A DNA stretch of 64,000 nucleotides, taken from assembly GCA_963764005.1 (NCBI GenBank), contig CAVXQX010000018.1:15775-79774 (forward strand), given 5' to 3'. The notes under the pieces are model-generated. The model saw nothing but the letters and a program-made list of their open reading frames with translations, did no database searches and was not told the DNA's origin. Position numbers and translations under genes: made by a program. The DNA is from an uncultured Alphaproteobacteria bacterium. GTDB taxonomy: Bacteria > Pseudomonadota > Alphaproteobacteria > Rhizobiales > Methyloligellaceae. This document shows positions 59,608 to 64,000 of this stretch, piece after piece. How positions within the stretch are numbered: the first letter of the stretch is position 1; each line of letters starts with the position of its first letter.

Positions 59608-61011
59608 GTGGCGATGAACATCGTTGCGGGACCTACAGCAGCCAAGACCGCGCTCTTTGCGACGCTTGCAGCGCGTTTCGGTCCGCGCTTCTCGACTGGA
59701 CTGTCGCTACGCGAGCAGCACGCCAACACGCTCACCTGGATTGCCTGCCAGCCGCCCGACGCCGTGCTGTTCGCCGAGACCACCGACGAGATCGTCGAAA
59801 TCGTCAAGCTCTGTGCCGAAGCGCGCGTGCCTATTATTCCGTTCGGCACCGGCACTTCGCTTGAAGGTCACGTCAACGCGCCGTTCGGCGGTCTCTCGCT
59901 CGATCTCTCTCGCATGAATCGCGTGCTCGCCGTGCACGACGCCGATCTCGATTGCGTGGTCGAGCCTGGCGTGACGCGGAAAGCCCTGAACGAGCATTTG
60001 CGCGCATCCGGTCTGTTCTTCCCCATCGATCCCGGCGCCGATGCCAGCCTCGGCGGCATGGCGGCGACGCGTGCGTCGGGCACCAATGCGGTGCGTTACG
60101 GCACCATGCGCGACAATGTGCTGAGCCTCACCGCCGTGCTTGCCGATGGACGGGTGTTGAAGACCGGCAGCCGCGCCAAGAAATCCTCGAGCGGTTACGA
60201 TCTCACGCGCCTCATGGTCGGCTCCGAAGGCACGCTCGGCATCATCACCGAGCTCACGCTCAAGCTCGCCGGCATCCCGGAGACGATCCTCGCCGCGATC
60301 TGTCCCTTCGCCACCATCGAAGGCGCTTGCAACGCCACCATCGCCGCCATGCAAATGGGATTGCCGCTCGCCCGCATCGAGCTGCTCGACGAGGTGCAGA
60401 TCAGGGCCTGCAACGCCTATTCGCATCTCAGCCTCGCCGAGCAGCCGACGCTCTTCCTCGAATTTCACGGCACCGAGGCTTCGACCGCCGAGCAAGTTGC
60501 GACCTTCGCCGAGATCGCCCGCGAGCACGGAGGAGGGGATCTCGAATGGGCGAGCAAACCGGAGGACCGGAGCCGGCTTTGGCAGGCGCGCCACGATGCC
60601 TATTGGGCCGCGCGAGGACTGAAGGCGTATGCCGAAATTATCACCACCGATGTCTGCGTGCCGATCGGCGCGCTGGCGGATTGCGTCGGCGAGACCAAAG
60701 CCGACATCGACCGCCTCGGCCTGCTCGCGCCCATCGTCGGCCATGTCGGCGATGGCAATTTCCATGTCATGCCGGTGCTCGACCTTGGCAATGAAGAAGA
60801 ACGCCGCAAAGCCCAAGCCTTCCTCGACCGCCTGATCGAACGCGCGCTCCGCATGGAGGGCACCTGTAGCGGCGAGCACGGCATTGGCCAGGGTAAAATG
60901 CGCTATCTCGCTGCCGAGCATGGCATTGGCGTGGAGATTATGGCTGCCATAAAAAAGGCGCTCGACCCGTTGAATATCCTCAATCCGGGCAAGATCTTTA
61001 CGGTATCATGA
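59608..61011 (+). CDS. FAD-linked oxidase (D-lactate dehydrogenase/GlcD-like)
   Basis: PFGTGTSLEGH, GSEGTLGII, GHVGDGNFH, GEHGIG and LNPGK motifs. Confidence 0.93.
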   Translation: MAMNIVAGPTAAKTALFATLAARFGPRFSTGLSLREQHANTLTWIACQPPDAVLFAETTDEIVEIVKLCAEARVPIIPFGTGTSLEGHVNAPFGGLSLDLSRMNRVLAVHDADLDCVVEPGVTRKALNEHLRASGLFFPIDPGADASLGGMAATRASGTNAVRYGTMRDNVLSLTAVLADGRVLKTGSRAKKSSSGYDLTRLMVGSEGTLGIITELTLKLAGIPETILAAICPFATIEGACNATIAAMQMGLPLARIELLDEVQIRACNAYSHLSLAEQPTLFLEFHGTEASTAEQVATFAEIAREHGGGDLEWASKPEDRSRLWQARHDAYWAARGLKAYAEIITTDVCVPIGALADCVGETKADIDRLGLLAPIVGHVGDGNFHVMPVLDLGNEEERRKAQAFLDRLIERALRMEGTCSGEHGIGQGKMRYLAAEHGIGVEIMAAIKKALDPLNILNPGKIFTVS

Positions 61012-61100
61012 GGAAAAGTCGCGGGTGTTGGGCGGCGAAGTCCAAGATGACGATAAGCGGCCCGTTCGCGTCCGTTCCAGCGCTCAAGGCATAGAGCCCC

Positions 61101-64000
61101 GTGAACCATTTTTTACTCAGTCTGACCGCGGTTTTGATTTTGCTGCTCGGCGCTCTGTTCGCTGTGCCCTATTTCGTCGACTGGAACGACTATCGCCATG
61201 TCTTCGAGGCGCAAGCCACCAAGCTTCTCGGCCGCGAGGTCAAAGTCGGCGGCGAAGTCCATCTCGTGCTGTTGCCGGCGCCGCAGCTCCGCTTCGACGA
61301 TGTCAAGGTCGCCGATGCCGACGGCAATCTCGATCGGCCCTTCCTCGAGGCGAAGCGTCTGGAAGCCGGGCTCAGTATCGGCGCGCTGCTCAGCGGCACC
61401 ATCGAGGCGCGCAAGATCGGCATCACCGCACCCGTCCTGAGGCTTGAGCTGAACGCGGACGGCACCGGCAATTGGGCCGATGTGGGTCGGCCCGGCGAGG
61501 CGATGCCCTTCGTGCCGAAAGAAGTCCTGCTCGATCAGATCGCCGTGACCGGAGGGACCGTCGAGCTCACGCGAGCTGGCGCGCCCGTGGCGACGCTCAC
61601 CGATGTTGCGGGCGATGCAAGCGCCGGTTCTCTGTCCGGTCCCTTCAAGGTCGCGGCGACCTATAAATTCGATGGCCGCAAGCAGGACCTGAAATTCTCC
61701 ACCAGCGCCAGCGATGCCAAGGGCAAGTTCCATCTGAAATCCGCGCTTCGCGATCCCGACCGCGACATGGTCTATTTGCTCGATGGCGATGTCATCGGGA
61801 TTCGGCGAAAAGCCGAGCTATGACGGCGGCGTCATTGTAAAGAATGCTATCGCTGCGCCCGAGCCTGCGCCCACTCCCCCGGCCGCTGAACCTGGCGAGG
61901 CCACGGACACCGGCTCCGGCTTCGAGCTGAAGGGCGATCTCGACCGCCACGGCGGATCGCGCCGAGCTGCCGAGTTTCGAGCTCACGCTCCACGCCAAGG
62001 GCCATCCGCAATTGATGAAGGGCAAACTCGCTTTTGATTTCGGCGAGACCCGCAAGCTCGACGGCGAACTCTCCGCGCGCTTCCTCGATGTCGATGCGCT
62101 CCTCGCCGATGCGGGCCAGACCGATGCCTCTCCCTCCGCCGTCCTCAATCAAGTGGCCGAGAAGCTCCTGACGCAATCCGCTTCGATCGGGGAGGGCAGT
62201 TTTCTGCTGGCGATCGAGCAGGCCAATTTCGGCGGCGATCTCGTCGGCGATCTGGGTCTGGCGCTCACCGCCTCGCCGAACCAGGTCAAGATCGAGCGCC
62301 TCACCGCCAAGCTCCCCGGCGACACCAAGATCGAGACCTCCGGGCTCCTGACGCGAGGCGACAAGGGTCCGGTCTATGCCGGGCCCATCAAGCTCGAAGG
62401 CTCGAAGCTGCGCACGCTGGCGCGCTGGGCCTCCGGCGATCGCGACATCTCCGCGCAAACCAGCGTCGGCGCTTTCGCGCTTGCCGCGGATACCACGCTC
62501 GGCGGCGGCGACCTCAAGCTCGAGAAGGCCAGCGGCGAGTTGAGCGGCACCAAATTCACCGGCGCCTTCGCCTATCGCGGCGGTGACAAGCCGGCCATCG
62601 ACGTTGCGCTCGACAGCGACCGTCTCGACCTCAAAGACGTGCTGGGCGAAGACGTGGCGTGGCGCTCCTGGCTGCCGGCAGGACAGAAGCAGGACAATCA
62701 AGCCGCGGTCGAACCGAGCCTGATCGCCTCGCTTCGCAAGGAGAATATTCACGTCGCGCTTCACGTCGGCGAATTGTTGCTGCCCTCGATCGCGCCGGGC
62801 AAGCTCGCGGCGAATTTCAGCCTGGCGGACGATACGCTCGATGTCACCGAGCTCGATTTTCTTGCCGAAGGCGCGCTGAAACTCACCGGCAAGGGCCGCA
62901 TCGAGCATGTGAGTGACGCGCCGTCAGGCCAGGTCGATCTCGCCGTCAATGCCGCCAATGCCGACAGTCTACGCGTGGCGAGCGGCCTGATCGGATTGCC
63001 GGACAGCATCGCGCGCTCGAAACATCTGGCGAGCCTCGCGCCGCTCGACGTCACGGTGGCGCTGGTGGCCAATGGCGCGGGCCATGCCACCGAGGCCTCG
63101 CTTGTGGTCAATGGCAATGCCGGCGGTTCCGTCGTCGCGATCAAGGCGCAGGCCAACGGCGAGCCCGCCAAACTCGAGCAGGCCGACATTGTTCTGACTG
63201 GCAGCATCGACGGCGAGCGTCCGCAAACGATTTTGGGCCTGCTGCTGCCTGACGTCCCTCAAGACAAGCTCGCCACCGGCGGCAAGGGTAAACTGAGTTT
63301 CGAACTCAAAGGCGTGCCGAAAACCAATCTGACCGGACACGTCGCGCTGGAGACCCAAGCCATGACCATCGGCTTCGATGGCCAGGGTGCGCTCAAAGAC
63401 GACGGCCTGGCGCTCACTGGAAAAGCGCAAGCCACCACCCCGAATGCCGGTCTCGCCATCATGCTGTTCGGCTTCGAGGCCTCGCCCGGCGCCACCAACG
63501 TGCCGCTCAATTTGCGCGCCGACATCGTCAAGGCCGCGCAACGGATCGACTTCAAAGGAATCACGGGCGACATCGCCGGCGAACCGGTCCAGGGCAGCGT
63601 CAGCCTCGACTCGTCCGGCGAAATAACCAAAGTCACGCTCGACGCGAAGACGGGCAATGTCTCTCTCCCTGTCCTGCTCGGCGGCCTCGTCGCCTGGCAG
63701 CGCACGCCATCGACCGAGCAGATGCTGGGGACGCTCGGCGGCGGCACCTCCGAAGTCTGGCCGGCGCGTGGCTTTTCCCTCGGCCCTCTCGCCAAAATCG
63801 AAGGCGACTTCAAGCTCGCCGCGAAATCGCTCTCGCTCGGCGCGCCCATTCTTGTGCAGGATGCGGCATTGACCGCGCGCGTCGACAAGGGCGCATTGTC
63901 CATCACCTCGCTCCAGGGCGGTCTGTTCGGCGGGACCTTCGCAAGCTCAGGCACCCTGTCGCCGCGCGGCGCCGGCGCCGGGCTGGAAGCGCGCGCCGAC
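61101..64000 (+). CDS. AsmA-family protein, 3' end truncated by the window (indels near 61800 and 61945)
   Basis: N-terminal TM segment then PYFVDWNDYR..FEAQATKLLGREVKVGG and DGTGNW; a long beta-rich frame continues to the window end. Confidence 0.85.

Overview
A GC-rich alphaproteobacterial chromosomal segment (Hyphomicrobiales/Rhizobiales-like; the taxonomy is inferred from protein style, gene order and repeat types). Its core is a complete dcw cluster (mraZ-rsmH-ftsL-ftsI-murE-murF-mraY-murD-ftsW-murG-murC-murB-ddl-ftsQ-ftsA-ftsZ-lpxC-bamD-recN-ligA, 23.3-48.5 kb), with RNase P RNA (rnpB) and katG upstream of it. Other recognisable genes are rimK, chaA, a GH25 muramidase, 5-oxoprolinase, a gamma-carbonic anhydrase, an NCS2 permease, a DjlA-like chaperone, an AmpD-type amidase, pepP, prmA, uvrD, hemolysin III, an FAD-linked oxidase and a partial asmA. 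About 20 genes, many essential, are broken by single-base indels, which is best explained by unpolished long-read errors rather than pseudogenes. No CRISPR array, tRNA, rRNA, transposase or prophage was seen. The most interesting uncharacterised modules are: (1) a cassette behind a LexA/SOS box encoding an 8-Cys secreted miniprotein, an apparently propeptide-less trypsin-like protease and a TMEM143/DUF3754 protein (52.8-55.7 kb); (2) a tandem pair of secreted 3-Cys YHS-like paralogues, one carrying a duplicated unrecognised domain, with a perfect CRP-type box and an OxyR/LysR-type box (14.9-16.5 kb); (3) a PDZ/multi-TM/GAF receptor with no output domain heading the gamma-CA/oxoprolinase gene run. 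Several candidate cis-elements were also found: a shared TetR/DUF2852 operator, a cuckoo-like RNA in the pirin 3'UTR, a structured mraZ leader, and sigma-EcfG and OxyR sites. All family assignments come from motif recognition by eye; no database search was run.
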